NCBI GenBank assembly: GCA_951406725.2
Contig: OX597823.1
Coordinates: 18,786,001-18,850,000 of the forward strand
From: Octopus vulgaris
Taxonomy: Eukaryota
Reading direction: 5' to 3'
Length of the DNA: 64,000 nucleotides
Under the pieces are notes generated by a model that was not told where the DNA came from, searched no databases, and saw only the letters and a list, made by a program, of their open reading frames with translations. Made by a program: the position numbers and the translations under genes. Shown here in pieces: positions 26,221 to 39,540 of this stretch. Position 1 is the stretch's first letter, and every line of letters begins with the position of its first letter.

Positions 26221-26352
26221 TTAATTGAGAATAAAAACAATAAAGCAACGGAATGGCAGGAATTGTTATACAACCTTTGCAACTATTTTTGCGAATAAAA
26301 ATGTTTCCGTTTGTTTCATAATGGGTAAATGTATATGCAGCAACCGCTCTGA

Positions 26353-27270
26353 GTGTGTGTGTGTGTGTATCTGTGTGTGTGTGTGTGTGTGTGTGTATCT
26401 GTGAGTGTGCGTGTGTGTATGCGTGATTGTATGTGTGTGTGTGTATGTGTGTATCTGTGTGTGTCTGTGTATCTGTGGTGTGTGTGTCTGTATGTCTGTC
26501 TGTTTTGTGTTTTGTGTGTGTGTATCTGTATGTGTGTGTTTGTGTGTGTCTGTATCTGTGAGTGTGCGTGTGCGTGCGTGTGTGTATCTGTGAGTGTGCT
26601 TGTGTGTGCGTGCGTGTGTGTAGGTGTGTCTGAGTGTGTATCTGTGTGTGTCTGTGTATCTGTGTTGTGTGTGTCTGTGTGTGTCTGTCTGTTTTTGTGT
26701 GTGTCTGTGTGTATCTGTATATGTGTGTGTGTGTGTGTGTGTCTCTATGTGTGTCCGTATCTCTGTCTGTGTGTCTGTGTCTGTGTGTATATGTGTGTGC
26801 TCTGCGTCTGTGTGTGTTGCATGCGCGTGTGCGTGTGTGTGCGCGTGTGTGTATGTGTGCGTATGTGTGTGTGTGTCTGCGTGTGTCTGTGTATCTGTGT
26901 TGTGTGTGTCTGTGTGTCTGTCTGTTTTTTTGTGTGTCTGTGTGTATCTGTATGTGTGTGTGCGCGTTTGTATCTGTGAGTATGCGTGTGTGTGTGTATC
27001 TGTGTGTGTGTATCTGTGTGTGTATCTGTGTGTGTATCTGTGTGTGTGTATTTATGTGTGTGTATGTGTGTCTGCGTGTGTGTGTGTATCTGTGTGTGTC
27101 TGTGTATGTTTGTCTGTCTGTTTTTGTGTGTGTGTGTCTGTGTGTATCTGTATGCGTGTGTTTGTGTGTGTGTCTGTGTTTGTGTGTGTGTCTGTGTCTG
27201 TGGGTCTCTATGTGTGCCTGTATCTCTGTCTGTGTGTCTGTGTATGTATCTGTGTGTGTCTGTGCGTGTG
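26353..27270. repeat. Degenerate (TG)n/TGTATC/TGTC compound microsatellite
   Basis: Directly visible. Explains the Cys/Val ORFs. Confidence 0.95.
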
Positions 27271-27528
27271 GAGGGGTTATGCATATTTGTGCGCGTGCGT
27301 CTTTGTATTTGTTCCCCCACCACCGCTTAACAACCGGTGTTGGCTTGTTTATATCCCCGCAACTCTGCGGCCCGGTCTAAGAAACCGTTAGAATAAGTAC
27401 CAGACATTATTAAAAAAAACAAGTTCTGGGGTCAATTTGTTTGACTAAACACATCAAGGTGGTGCCCACGCTGGAGCACCACATTCAAGGGCTCCAAGTA
27501 ACTTTCAAATAAAAGGGTACTTGGTTAA

Positions 27529-27759
27529 TCTTTTACTTGTCTCAGCCATTTGACTGCGCCCATGCCGGAACAACGCCATGTAGGGTTTTAGTCGAAGAAA
27601 TCAATCCCAAGATTTATTCTTTGTGAGCCTAGTACTTATTCTACCGGTCTCTTTTGCTGAACCGAGTTAAGTTACGAGGACGTCAACACACTAACACCGG
27701 TTGTCAAACGATAGTGGAGGGACAAACACAGGCACAAAGGAACACACGCCTAAATATAG

Positions 27760-27827
<68 letters not shown>

Positions 27828-27890
27828 CACATACATATACACATACATATACACATACATATATATATGTATATATATATATATATATAT

Positions 27891-27933
<43 letters not shown>

Positions 27934-28302
27934 ACGACGGGCTTCTTTCAGTTTCCGTCTACCAAATCCACTCACAAGGCTTTAGTCGGCCCGGAGCTAT
28001 AGTAGAAGACACTTTCCCAAGGTGTCACGCAGTGGGACTGAACCCGAAACCATGTAGTTGGGAAGCAAAGTTCTTACCACACAGCCACACCTGCGCCTGG
28101 TTACTCTTTTACCCTTTTACTTGTTTCAGTCATTTGACTACGGCCATGCTGGAGCACCGCCTTTAGTCGAGCAAATTACCCCCAGGACTTATTCTTTATA
28201 AGCCTAGTACTTATTCTATCGGTCTCTTTAGTTATGTGGACGTAAACACACTAGCATCGGTTGTCAAGCGATGTTGGCTGGACAAACATACACACACGCA
28301 TG

Positions 28303-28342
<40 letters not shown>

Positions 28343-28513
28343 CATATGTACGACGGGCGTCTTTCAGTTTCTGTCTACCAAATCCACTCACAAAGCTTTG
28401 GTCGGCCCGAGGCTATAGTAGAAGACACTTGCCAAAGGTTCCACGCAGTGGGACTGAACCCGGAACCATGTGGTTGGTAAGCAAACTACTTACCACAGAG
28501 CCACTCCTACGCC
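27529..28513 (-). mobile_element. Two tandem SINE family A copies (27529-28097, 28101-28513)
   Basis: Each has tail, central microsatellite and head. Confidence 0.85.
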
Positions 28514-28933
28514 TATATCAACGATTCTAAATTTTTTCTCTCTCTCCCTCTTTGCTCCTTGCGACTTGCAATTCCTCGATCTATTCTAGCTAAATTGACA
28601 CCAATACGCAACAATCTGAAATTGTGAAACCCTTTTTTGTGCTCTTTTATGACCGTGCAAAGTCTCACCCAAAGAAAACCGAAAAAATTTTACTCCGTCG
28701 CCGTCGGTAGAAGATGGTAATGGTTAGCTCCCTTGCTTGCGATATATATCGGGTGCAGATTGCATCGGTAACCAACTGGAGGCTGTGTCCCTCCTGGGGT
28801 TAAAAACGGCAGTAGCGGGATATCCATGTTGAAGTGGCGATAAACATTATTTTTTTATTACTTCACTGACAATTTGATCACACCAATGTGTGAGTGTATG
28901 TGTGTGTGTGCGCGCGTGTGAGTGCGTGTGTGT

Positions 28934-28971
<38 letters not shown>

Positions 28972-29389
28972 ATGCATGTATGTGTGTGTGCGTGCGTGCG
29001 TGTGTATGTGTGCGTGCGTCTGTGTGTGTATGTGTGTGCGCGTGAGTATGTATGTGTGTGTGTCTGTGTGTGTGCGTATGCGTGTATGTATGTGTGCGTG
29101 TGTGTGTGTGTATGCGCGCGTGCGTGCTTTTAATATATTTATTTTAATGTATATATATTAATTTATAAATTCTGAAACTGTTAACGTTGACCCCTACCCC
29201 TAAGCACCATTGCGCCGCCATCTCCATCTCTAAAGCATATCTCATGTGAGGGTGATGTTGTCTGAAGGTACCAAAGGAATAAGAGTGAGAGGAGTGCAAA
29301 AAGAAAAACAAAACTATGATAACGACTGGAAAATAAGTGAGTCCCGAGGCGAAGTAGATTTTTGTATCAGGAACCGTGGAAATCTTAGG

Positions 29390-29578
29390 GAGAGAAAAAA
29401 AGAAAAGAGAAAGAAAAATAAAAAATAAAGAGAAAGAAGAAGACAAGGAAATGAGGAAGGAAGGAAGGAAGGAAGGGAGGGAGGGGGAGGAGGGAAGAAG
29501 GAAGGAGGAAGGAAGGAAAGAAGGGAGGAAGGAAGGAAGGAAGGGAGGAAAGAAGGAAGGGAGGTAGGAAGAAAGGAA

Positions 29579-29620
<42 letters not shown>

Positions 29621-30109
29621 AAAAAAGAAAGGAAAAAGAAAGGAAAAAGAAAGGAAAAAAGAATGAATGAGGGAAGGAAATAAGGAAGGAAGGAAGGAAG
29701 GAAGGAATGAGGGAGGGAGGGGAGTATGAAGGAGGGAAGAATGAAGGATGAAAAGAAAGAAGGAAGGAAATAAAGAAGCGAGGAAAGAAGGAAGGAAGAA
29801 AGGAAGGAAGGAAGGAAGGAAGGAAGGAAGGAAGGAAGGAAGGAAGGAAGGAAGGAAGGGAGGAAGGAAGGAAGGGAGGGAGGGAGGGAGGAGGAAAGAA
29901 AAAAAGAAGGAAGGAAGGAAAGACAAGAAGGAAAGAAGCAAGGAAGGAAAGAAGGAAGAAAGGAAGAAAGAAAGAAAGAAAGAAAGGAAAAAAAGAATGA
30001 ACGAGGGAAAGAAATAAGGAAGGAAGGAAGGAAGGAAGGAAGGAAGGAAGGAAGGAAGGAAAGAAGGAAGGAAGGGAGGAAGGAAGGAAGGAAGGAAGGA
30101 AGGAAGGAA

Positions 30110-30146
<37 letters not shown>

Positions 30147-30670
30147 GAAAAAGAAAGGAAAAAAGAATGAATGAGGGAAGGAAATAAGGAAGGAAGGAAG
30201 GAAGGAAGGAATGAGGGAGGGAGGGGAGTATGAAGGAGGGAAGAATGAAGGATGAAAAGAAAGAAGGAAGGAAATAAAGAAGCGAGGAAAGAAGGAAGGA
30301 AGGAAGGAAGGAAGGGAGGAAGAAAGGAAGGGAGGGCGGGAGGGAGGAGGAAAGAAAAAAGGAAGGAAGGAAAGACAAGAAGGAAGGAAGGAAAGACAAG
30401 AAGGAAGGAAGGAAAGACAAGAAGGAAGGAAGGAAGAAAGAAAAAAAGAAAGAAAGAAAGGAAAAAGAATGAATGAGGGAAGGAAATAAGGAAGGAAGGA
30501 AGGAATGAGGGAGGGAGGGGAGTAGGAAGGAGGGAAGAATGAAGGATGAAAAGAAAGAAGGAAGGAAATAAAGAAGCGAGGAAAGAAGGAAGGAAGGAAG
30601 GAAGGAAGATAGGAAGGAAGGAAGGAAGGAAGGAAGGAAGGAAGGAAGGAAGGAAGGAAGGAAGGAAGTA
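29390..30670. repeat. 1.3 kb polypurine (GGAA/GAAA)n tract with higher-order repeat
   Basis: Nearly pure purine on +. An ~130 bp block (GAATGAATGAGGG...GAAGCGAGGAAAG) recurs at ~29660, ~30165 and ~30467. Confidence 0.9.
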
Positions 30671-31151
30671 TCAAGAAATAGACCGACAACTCGTAGATGA
30701 TATGTAAGAACGCCACCATATCCGAAAAATTTGAACAGATAGATACATAATAAATATTATCACTGATGATTTCAGTTTAAAAAAAAAAAACTATTAATGA
30801 AATCCTCTTTCAAATTCCCTTTGAAGAATGTGTGCGACTATCAGCAAAGTTCAAATTAGTTCATTTTTTACAAAAGTCACCTGATCAGTAAATCAAAACC
30901 ATTTTTAATTCCAAGATTTATTTTATGTTTTAACAACTGAATGAATTTAATGAAAAGCGTCTAAATATGAAACATCATGAAAATTGTTCAAACTGAAGTC
31001 TTCCTTCAGTGACACATTTTTTCCATCCAAGTCAATACAGAATTACAGATAGTATTTATGGAATTTTGATTTACTGTCCGGGGACTTTTGGCCAACCTGT
31101 AATTATTATTATTATTATTAATATTATTATTATTATTATTGTTATTATTAT

Positions 31152-31180
<29 letters not shown>

Positions 31181-31182
<2 letters not shown>

Positions 31183-31299
31183 TTTTTTTTCTTCTTTCAA
31201 ATTTGCTTCCATTTCTTGCCGAGTGTCTTCCCGACTCCTAGGGCAAAGAAACTCATAGCATACATTGGTAGGCCATTAAACCAAACTCAGTAGTTCGTT

Positions 31300-31330
<31 letters not shown>

Positions 31331-33791
31331 GTTAAATTAAAATACATGAGCAGCAACAGTTCTCACATCGACAATGCTCTTCTCAATACGTGTGATGTAC
31401 CAGTTAAGACAATCTTTTGCACTTCTTGCAGGGATGGTAAGCCAGGGATCATTCTCATATAATTTTCGGTTCCCTTCTTGATCATTCCTAGTGCTCCTAC
31501 GATCACTGGTATTGTAACCGCCTTGAGATGCCACATTTTCTCAATTTCAATGAGTAGGTCTTTATATTTTCTGAGCTTGTCAAACTCTTTCGCTGAGATA
31601 TTATGATCACAGGGGATGCTCATGTCGATCAATAAGCAAACTTTATTGTTTTGGTCTTTCACAACAATATCTGGTTTATTGGCCTTGATGGTTCGGTCTG
31701 TATGTACTGGAAAGTCCCACAGAATGGTTACATTTTCTCCTTCAGTTACAGCCTCAGGGTGGTGATTATACCACTTGTCGGCAGTTTTGATATTGTAATG
31801 CCGACTTATTAGCCAGTGGAGATATTGGCCAACTCTGTCATGTCTTAATTTATACTCCACTGGTGCTAAGACTTTACATCCAGAGATTAGGTGGTCCACT
31901 GTTTCAATCATGTCGTTGCAGAATCGGCATTTTGGGTCTGCTCCATTTTTCATCACATTGGCCTGGTAGTTCCGGGTTAATAGGCTTTGATCTTGAGCAG
32001 CCAGGATGAAACCTTCGCTCTCTGCTTTTAGCCCTGAGCTCCGTAGCCACTGATGGGTTTGCTTCTGGTCAACATCAGCTTGTTTGCTGCGGGTCACATA
32101 TTTGCCGTGCAGAGGTTTCTCCTCCCACCTATCAGCCAATTGCTCGTGCGCTTTCTTCATTGCCATCATTTTCACCTTCTTTGCAACAATAGTTGCCGTA
32201 CTTCCCTCGGGTTGTTCAGTTTGGGTATCCTGCACGAGATCAATAGCAAATTTTTTGCTTTCCTTTATGATAGAATGAAGCTTCTTTCGTCTCTCGTGAT
32301 TTTCCACGAGCTTTAGCATCCAGTCATTCGATATTTCGAGATATTTGGCCAGTCCAATTGTGTTTGTTTTGTAAGCTAGTTCAAATTGGATCATTCCTTC
32401 CTGATTTTCTCTTTCATGCTTGCATGCTGAATACCAGAGCCTTCATTTATCCCTAAATATTTGTATGTTTGTTCTTGCTCGAGCTCTCTTATGACTGTGT
32501 CAACATCTAACACGACTGAATTTGTGGTCTTCACTTTCCCTTTCTGGAAAGTGGTCTTGGCACACTTCTCAAGTCCAAACTCCATCCCGATGTCATCGCT
32601 GAATGCTTTCACGGTGCGCAATAGGCCTTCAAGTTCATTATTGTCTTTACCATAAAGTTTTAAGTCATCCATATAAAATAGATGGCTTATTTTTTTATTG
32701 GCAATTTTATACCCATACCCTGTTCTGTTTAATTCACTTGTAAGGGGTATTAGGGCTATGCAGAATATTAAAGGTGAAAGTGAGTCACCTTGAAAAATTC
32801 CACAGTTGATGTTTATATTTTCTGAGGCAAGTACTCCATTAGAGTGGTATAATTGGAGATTCGTATTCCACAACGACATATTGTGCTTCAGGAAGTTTGA
32901 AATCACGGGAAATTTTGAAGATGTCCAGCGATCTCAAGATCCATGGATGCGGTATACTGTCGAAGGCCTTTTTGTAGTCAATCCATGCGGTGCTGAGATT
33001 TCTGCGCTTGTTGTGACAGTTCTCAAGGATCATACGATTGATTAGCAGTTGATCTTTGCATCCGTAAGAGCCTCGGTGGCACCCTTTTTGTTCAATGGGG
33101 AAAATATCGTTCTTCTCCATGAATGCATATGTTTTCTCCGCCAGGATAGATGTTAGGATTTTATACGTGGTGGATAGACAGGTTATAGGCCGATAGTTTT
33201 TTGGAAGGTTAGTTTCGTTATTCTTTGGGAGTAGGTAAGTAATGCCACTTGCTAACCATTCAGGTGTTTTCTTTGGGTCTCTCATAATTCCATTAAGCAG
33301 CTGAACTAGCTTACCGTGTGCGCATGGGAGTGATGCGAGCCAGAAATTCGGCACCCTATCTTTACCGGGGGATTTCCAATTATGGGCCTTCGTGAGTGCC
33401 TTTCTTAGGTCTGCTATTGTGATGTCTTCCCATGCTTGTTGTTGTAAATTTTGGTAGGATCCTTCAGTTTGTATAATCCAGTCTGCATTTATGTTGTACG
33501 TCTTCTTGTCACTCCAAATCCTTTTCCAAAAGTTTTGAACTTCTTCCATGGGAGGGGGGTCTTTAACGGTTACTTTCTCCTTCCCTATTTCTCTGTAGAA
33601 TTTTTTGGCATTGGATGTGAACAGCTTATTTTGCTTGTAAAACTTGTTTCTCTTCTCAAATCTTCGTATTCTTTGGGCTTTTGCTTGGACTTTTTGTTTC
33701 AGCGTTTCTTTTATTGATATCAGTTCTTCTCTTGGTGGGGATCCAAATTTTCTCTTCATCTTTCTTCCTGTTCTGGATCTTACATCATTTC

Positions 33792-33792
<1 letters not shown>
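31181..33792 (-). mobile_element. 5'-truncated R4/Dong-type RLE non-LTR retrotransposon (family Dong-A) inserted in (TAA)n
   Basis: RT motifs NYRPITCL, IDYKKAFDS, GIFQGDSLSP, YMDDLKL. CCHC knuckle CRFC...ETVDHLISGC, RHD, and PD-(D/E) endonuclease KPDIVVKD...LIDMSIP. ~180 bp 3' UTR. TAA repeats on both flanks. Confidence 0.92.
31363..33759 (-). pseudogene. Reverse transcriptase + restriction-like endonuclease ORF, broken into three frames
   Basis: ORF pieces 32839-33759, 32391-32906 and 31363-32394. Frameshift near 32908 and an internal deletion near 32395. Confidence 0.88.
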
Positions 33793-33855
<63 letters not shown>

Positions 33856-33858
<3 letters not shown>

Positions 33859-33964
33859 TAGTTTTATTTTTATAGCGTGCTTTCACTTCACTACCGAGCG
33901 CAGCTCTGTGTGCCTTGGGTATGTGCTGTGATTTGTTGTGATGCTCTGATGGTTATTGTATGGA

Positions 33965-33965
<1 letters not shown>
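33856..33965 (-). mobile_element. Dong-B extreme 3' end in (TAA)n
   Basis: Reverse complement of 57946-58055. Confidence 0.85.
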
Positions 33966-34033
<68 letters not shown>

Positions 34034-34587
34034 GAGTGAGAGAGCAGTGCATGCCATCAAAGTGACACTGGAGTAAAATATACGAAGCCCAGTATACTCG
34101 TCATGACTACCCGTCTGATAAGGGTACACCAGGCACATGCATCACAACCATATGTGCGCGACATGGTGATCTCATATCAAGATAAACAGCACATGACCTC
34201 GCAGGTGGAGCCCAGTTAGAATTTTCTTCAGATCGAGTAACCCATCCCGCTCAAAAGGTCCCTGAATAAGGGTTGTTTAAGGACGTTGAACGAAACACCC
34301 ATGTTTCCAGAGGTGAATTATTCAAACCCCAAAGAATCCTTCTCAACACATGGCTATGATGCTCCCCCACTACTTCTGATCGTGATCAGAGATGCACATA
34401 TCGTCAGCCACTAAGGGACATGCTCAACTGGTTAAGGTCAAACAACTGACAAGCAAATCTGTGGTATTGAGCAGAATATTTGCTGTAGCCCATCTTTTAT
34501 ACCAAGACAAAACAATGTACATGATAACACTTCCAATCAGTTAAGATCAGAAGCCATGAGAGCCACTGCCTGGTACTGCATCAGGGC

Positions 34588-34590
<3 letters not shown>
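34034..34590 (-). mobile_element. ~560 bp non-coding TAA-flanked element (family G), longest copy
   Basis: Three copies in the window, all flanked by (TAA)n and sharing the 3' end ...GCACTGCTCTCTCACTC. No tRNA boxes, TIRs or long ORF. Confidence 0.8.
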
Positions 34591-34645
<55 letters not shown>

Positions 34646-34942
34646 GAGTGAGAGAGCAGTGCATGCCATCAAAGTGACACTGGGTTAAAATATACGAAAC
34701 CCAGTATACCTGTCATGACTACTCGTCTGATAAGGCACATGCATCACAACCATATGTGCGCGACATGGTGATCTCATACCAAGATAAACAGCGCATGACC
34801 TTGCGGGTGGGGCCCAGTTAGAATTTTCTTCTGGTCGGGTAACCTATCCCGCTCAAAAGGTCCCTGATTAAGGGTTGTTTAAGGATGTTGAATGAAACAC
34901 CCATGTTTCCAAAGATGAATTATTCAAACCCCAAAGAATCCC

Positions 34943-34943
<1 letters not shown>
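34646..34943 (-). mobile_element. Family G element, 5'-truncated copy
   Basis: Matches 34034-34340 and shares the 3' end. TAA on both sides. Confidence 0.8.
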
Positions 34944-34988
<45 letters not shown>

Positions 34989-34989
34989 G

Positions 34990-35028
<39 letters not shown>

Positions 35029-35433
35029 GCCTTTGCACGGCTTCTAACGCTTGAGATATACTAGATATAAGGTAACACCTCTTATTCTTCGAGCACCTTC
35101 CGGAGTAGTCGAGCGGTTCCAAGCAGTGTTCCACCCTAATTGCAGCCTCTATTTGTTCCACGTACTTCTCGAGATTTTTGTTCACTGTTCCCAGGGCTCT
35201 GTCAATTATTGATACTACTGCTACTTTTTTCATCGACCACAACTGCTTAACTTCCAAAGCTAACCTGTCATATTTCTCAACTTTTCTTTCTTCCTTACTG
35301 CATACCTTGTTGTCAGCTGGGCATGCTATAGCTATGATCCAGCATAGTTTGTTTTCTTTCTCAATTAAGACTATGTCTAGCTTCCTAGTCTCTATCTCAT
35401 GAATCATAAAATCCCATAGGATCTTTGCATTTC
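35029..35433 (-). pseudogene. 3' fragment of a third R4/Dong-type LINE (Dong-C) in (TAA)n
   Basis: NAKILWDF...RKLDIVLIEKENKLCWIIAIACPAD...EKYDRLALEVKQLWSMKKV...ALGTV, an RLE domain. Confidence 0.85.
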
Positions 35434-35452
35434 TATTATTATTATTATTATA

Positions 35453-35503
<51 letters not shown>

Positions 35504-35514
35504 GTTTTTGTTAC

Positions 35515-35554
<40 letters not shown>

Positions 35555-35664
35555 GCTGTTGTTGTTGTTGCTGTTGTTGTTATAGAATGATGTAGGAAGG
35601 CGGAAGTTGTGGAAACACGAAAATACCGCAATACACACTTGTGCTGTATGTGTGTATATTAATG

Positions 35665-36271
35665 ATTTCAAATTTTGGCACGGGACCAGCAGGTTCGAGG
35701 GAAACCTAAGTCGATTACATTGACCCCAATGTTTAACTGGTACTTATTTGATCGACCCTGATAGGATGAAACACAAAGTGGGTCTCGGCGGAATTTGAAC
35801 TCAAAACGTAAAGACAGACAAAATACCTATTTCTTTACTACCCACAAGGGGCTAAACACAGAGAGGACAAACAATGACAGACACACGGATTAAGTCGATT
35901 ATATCGACTCCAGTGCGTAACTGGTACTTATTTAATCGACCCCGAAAGGATGAAAGCAAAGTCGGCCTCGGCGGAATTTGAACTCAGAACGTAACGGCAG
36001 ACGAAATACTACTAAGCATTTCGCCCGGCGTGCTAACGTTTCTGCCAGCTCGCCGTGTATAATAACCCTTTCTACTAAACGCACAATGCCTGAAATTTGG
36101 AGGACGGGGATAGTAGATTACATCGACCTCAGTACTCATCTGATACTTATTTTACCGACCCTGGAAGGGTGAAAGGCAAAGCCGACTTCAGAAGAATCTG
36201 AACTCTGAACGTAAGGGCGGACGAAATAAGCATTTAGCCCAGCACGCTAACGATTCTGCCAGGTCGCCGCC
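35665..36271 (-). mobile_element. Cluster of three SINE family B copies
   Basis: Family B cores at ~35710-35810, 35826-36054 and 36064-36271. Confidence 0.8.
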
Positions 36272-36863
36272 CTATGTGTGTGCATAACAATGATATAAAA
36301 AAAGATGTCTTCCGGATTTGACAGCAGCTTATTACAATTAACTTCTCACTAACATTTGGTAACTAGTCCTAAATCAAACATGAAAGAGTGAGTCAAGGTT
36401 AGCGGAAAGGAATAATAATATAATTGTTCGACGCACATCTACGGATGCTATGCTTTCGGCACATCGTCAGTGTTGTACTCTGGAGACACTGGCTGTTTCG
36501 ACACTTACAACATACTCTTGCACAGACGACATAACCTAGGTTAATCAAGCTTGAACCTGTGTCTAAGTGACATTCTGTTGACCACCACCGATCACCTCAA
36601 AACTTATTAAGCAACACTAATAATAAATCAAAAACTCCGAATGGAGGAAGTACGAGAGAGTGAGAGAGAGCTAACTACCGTGAGTTTGGCTGATAACTGC
36701 TGCAACAAAGAGTAGGGAACGAGGTATTTGCCAGCAGAAGTTGGAAACCGAGAGTTTGCAGTTTGTACCCTGAGTGAGTGATATGGAACCCCAGGCATTA
36801 CAAACACGAGGAGAAGATGAACCATTAAGAACAATGTAGAGACTGCTGAGAAAACATATAGAA

Positions 36864-37680
<817 letters not shown>

Positions 37681-38229
37681 ATTGGTTCTGGCTGAAACCA
37701 AGAGGATAGCTGGGCTCGACAGTCTCTGAGTGAAACGAGCTGGAGATTTTAGCTGTTTCTGCAGATCAACTTCAATCACATCACCCAGTCCTTACCAAAA
37801 AGCAAGCATGCTAAAGAGAGGGCGGTCAACTAAGAGACTGACTGAAAGTCATACGCATACAAACATACACTAATATCTGCTGGTAAGGCAGTTTCCATTC
37901 TCTACCTTTCAACTATTCTCAGCTATATTTCCTTCCACCCACCTCTCTCTCTATTTTCCTCACCTTGTAATTTATTCATTCGGTTTCCGTCAGAAAACAT
38001 CTACCTCTGATGGAGAGCTTTGGCCGGAGGGAAAATCAAATGAATTGGTTTGCTGTTAGGAAGACTTTCCCCCTACTCATCATGGCAAACCAATTTATTC
38101 CACTTTTTATTTCTTTGTATTCACTAATTATTGCCGACGTAGGCCATCATAACTGTTTACTTTACAACAAAGGAGTTATTTGAAGGGAATGACATAGGCT
38201 GTTCAGTGATCCGAAACGTTTGTCAGTCA

Positions 38230-38538
38230 GCTGGTTCGGGAGGAGAAAAATGAAGGAAAAGAGGTGAAAATAGTATGAGAGAAAGTGAGGTGGGGGAGAT
38301 GAGGTTGGCGGCGAAGAGATAAATTGTTTAAAGGGGAGTGAGAGAGATGCGAAGCGGAGAGGCTGGATGAGGAGAGAAAGCGAGAGAAAGTGTATGCAAA
38401 TATCTAAGTGAATGTAAGGAAGAGAGAGTAGAGTGAGTGGGACAATAAGTGGGGAAAGAGTGAAGGTGAGACTTAGGAGGAAGGGAAATGAGAGGTAGTG
38501 AGAGTGATAGAGGGGAAAAGCAGGAAGACTGTTGCTGC

Positions 38539-38584
<46 letters not shown>

Positions 38585-38792
38585 TGCGGAGTGAGAGAAA
38601 GAGAGAGGGAGGATGGTTGGTTGGTACATAATTAGATTGAGAGAGAGGGAAAGGGAGAGAGAGACAGGGGGTGAGAGAGAGACAGGGGGTGAGAGAGAGA
38701 CAGGGGGAAAAAGTTAGGGTGAGAGAGGGGAGAGAGGGGAAAATTGGTAGGTACATAATTAGACAGACAGACAGACAGACAGACAGATAGAC

Positions 38793-38875
<83 letters not shown>

Positions 38876-39540
38876 ACGGGAAGACGAGAGTGTTATAAAG
38901 AGATAAAGTTTGAAAGTAAAGTGAATGATGCTATCTAAATATGTGCACTGGGAGAGAGGGAAAAGAGGAAGAGGGGGAGAGTGAATGAAAGAGAGAGGTG
39001 GAGAAGAGAAAGAGTAACCAGTATGGAGGAGAGGGAGGAAAAAAAGTGATAAGCGATAAGATAAAAGGAAGCAAACGGTGTAACAATAGTGAGAGTAGTA
39101 GGAGGAGGAGAGCGAGACGAATGATGTAGTGACAGTAGAAAAGGAGAGAAGCAAGGTAGTAGGAAGGAAATGATTGTGTGGGGAGAGGGAAGTAGAGGAA
39201 GAGATATGATAAAGATAAGAGGGAGGACACAGAGGGAGAAGAAAGAGTGTGATGTGTTGACAGCGAGAAAGGAGCAGGGTGCACAGAAAGAGAGAGAAGG
39301 AGAGAGAGAGGAGAGAGAGAGAGAAGGAGAGAGAGAGAGGAGAGAGAGAGAAGGAGAGAGAGAGACAGTGAGGGGAGATGTTATGCAAAAGGAATGAGAG
39401 AAGCAGCTTACAGAGGGAGGGGGAGGTATGTAGCGTAATGGTAGTAAGAGAAAGGAGAGAGAGAGAGATAGATACGTAGAGAGGAAAAGGAGGAATGTGA
39501 TGTAATGGCAATGAGAGAGAGAGGGGGTGCAAAAGAAATG
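38230..39540. repeat. Purine-rich low-complexity region with (GA)n, (GATA)n and an 18-bp minisatellite
   Basis: Directly visible. GAGAGAGACAGGGGG x3 at ~38656-38706. Confidence 0.85.

Larger units (their letters stand above)
24897..27480 (+). mobile_element. Old SINE family A expanded by nested insertions
   Basis: Diverged head 24897-25058 and diverged 3' half ~27290-27480 in the same orientation. They enclose a Helitron, a transposon remnant and ~900 bp of TG-rich repeat. Confidence 0.55.

Noticed and set aside
31100-35500. CRISPR-like repeat/spacer appearance of the TAA arrays
   Set aside because: The repeats are variable-length microsatellites, the spacers are retroelements, the context is eukaryotic and there are no cas genes.
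36445-36476. Minus-strand CTGACGA...GAAA hammerhead-like motif
   Set aside because: Stems I and II cannot be formed convincingly.
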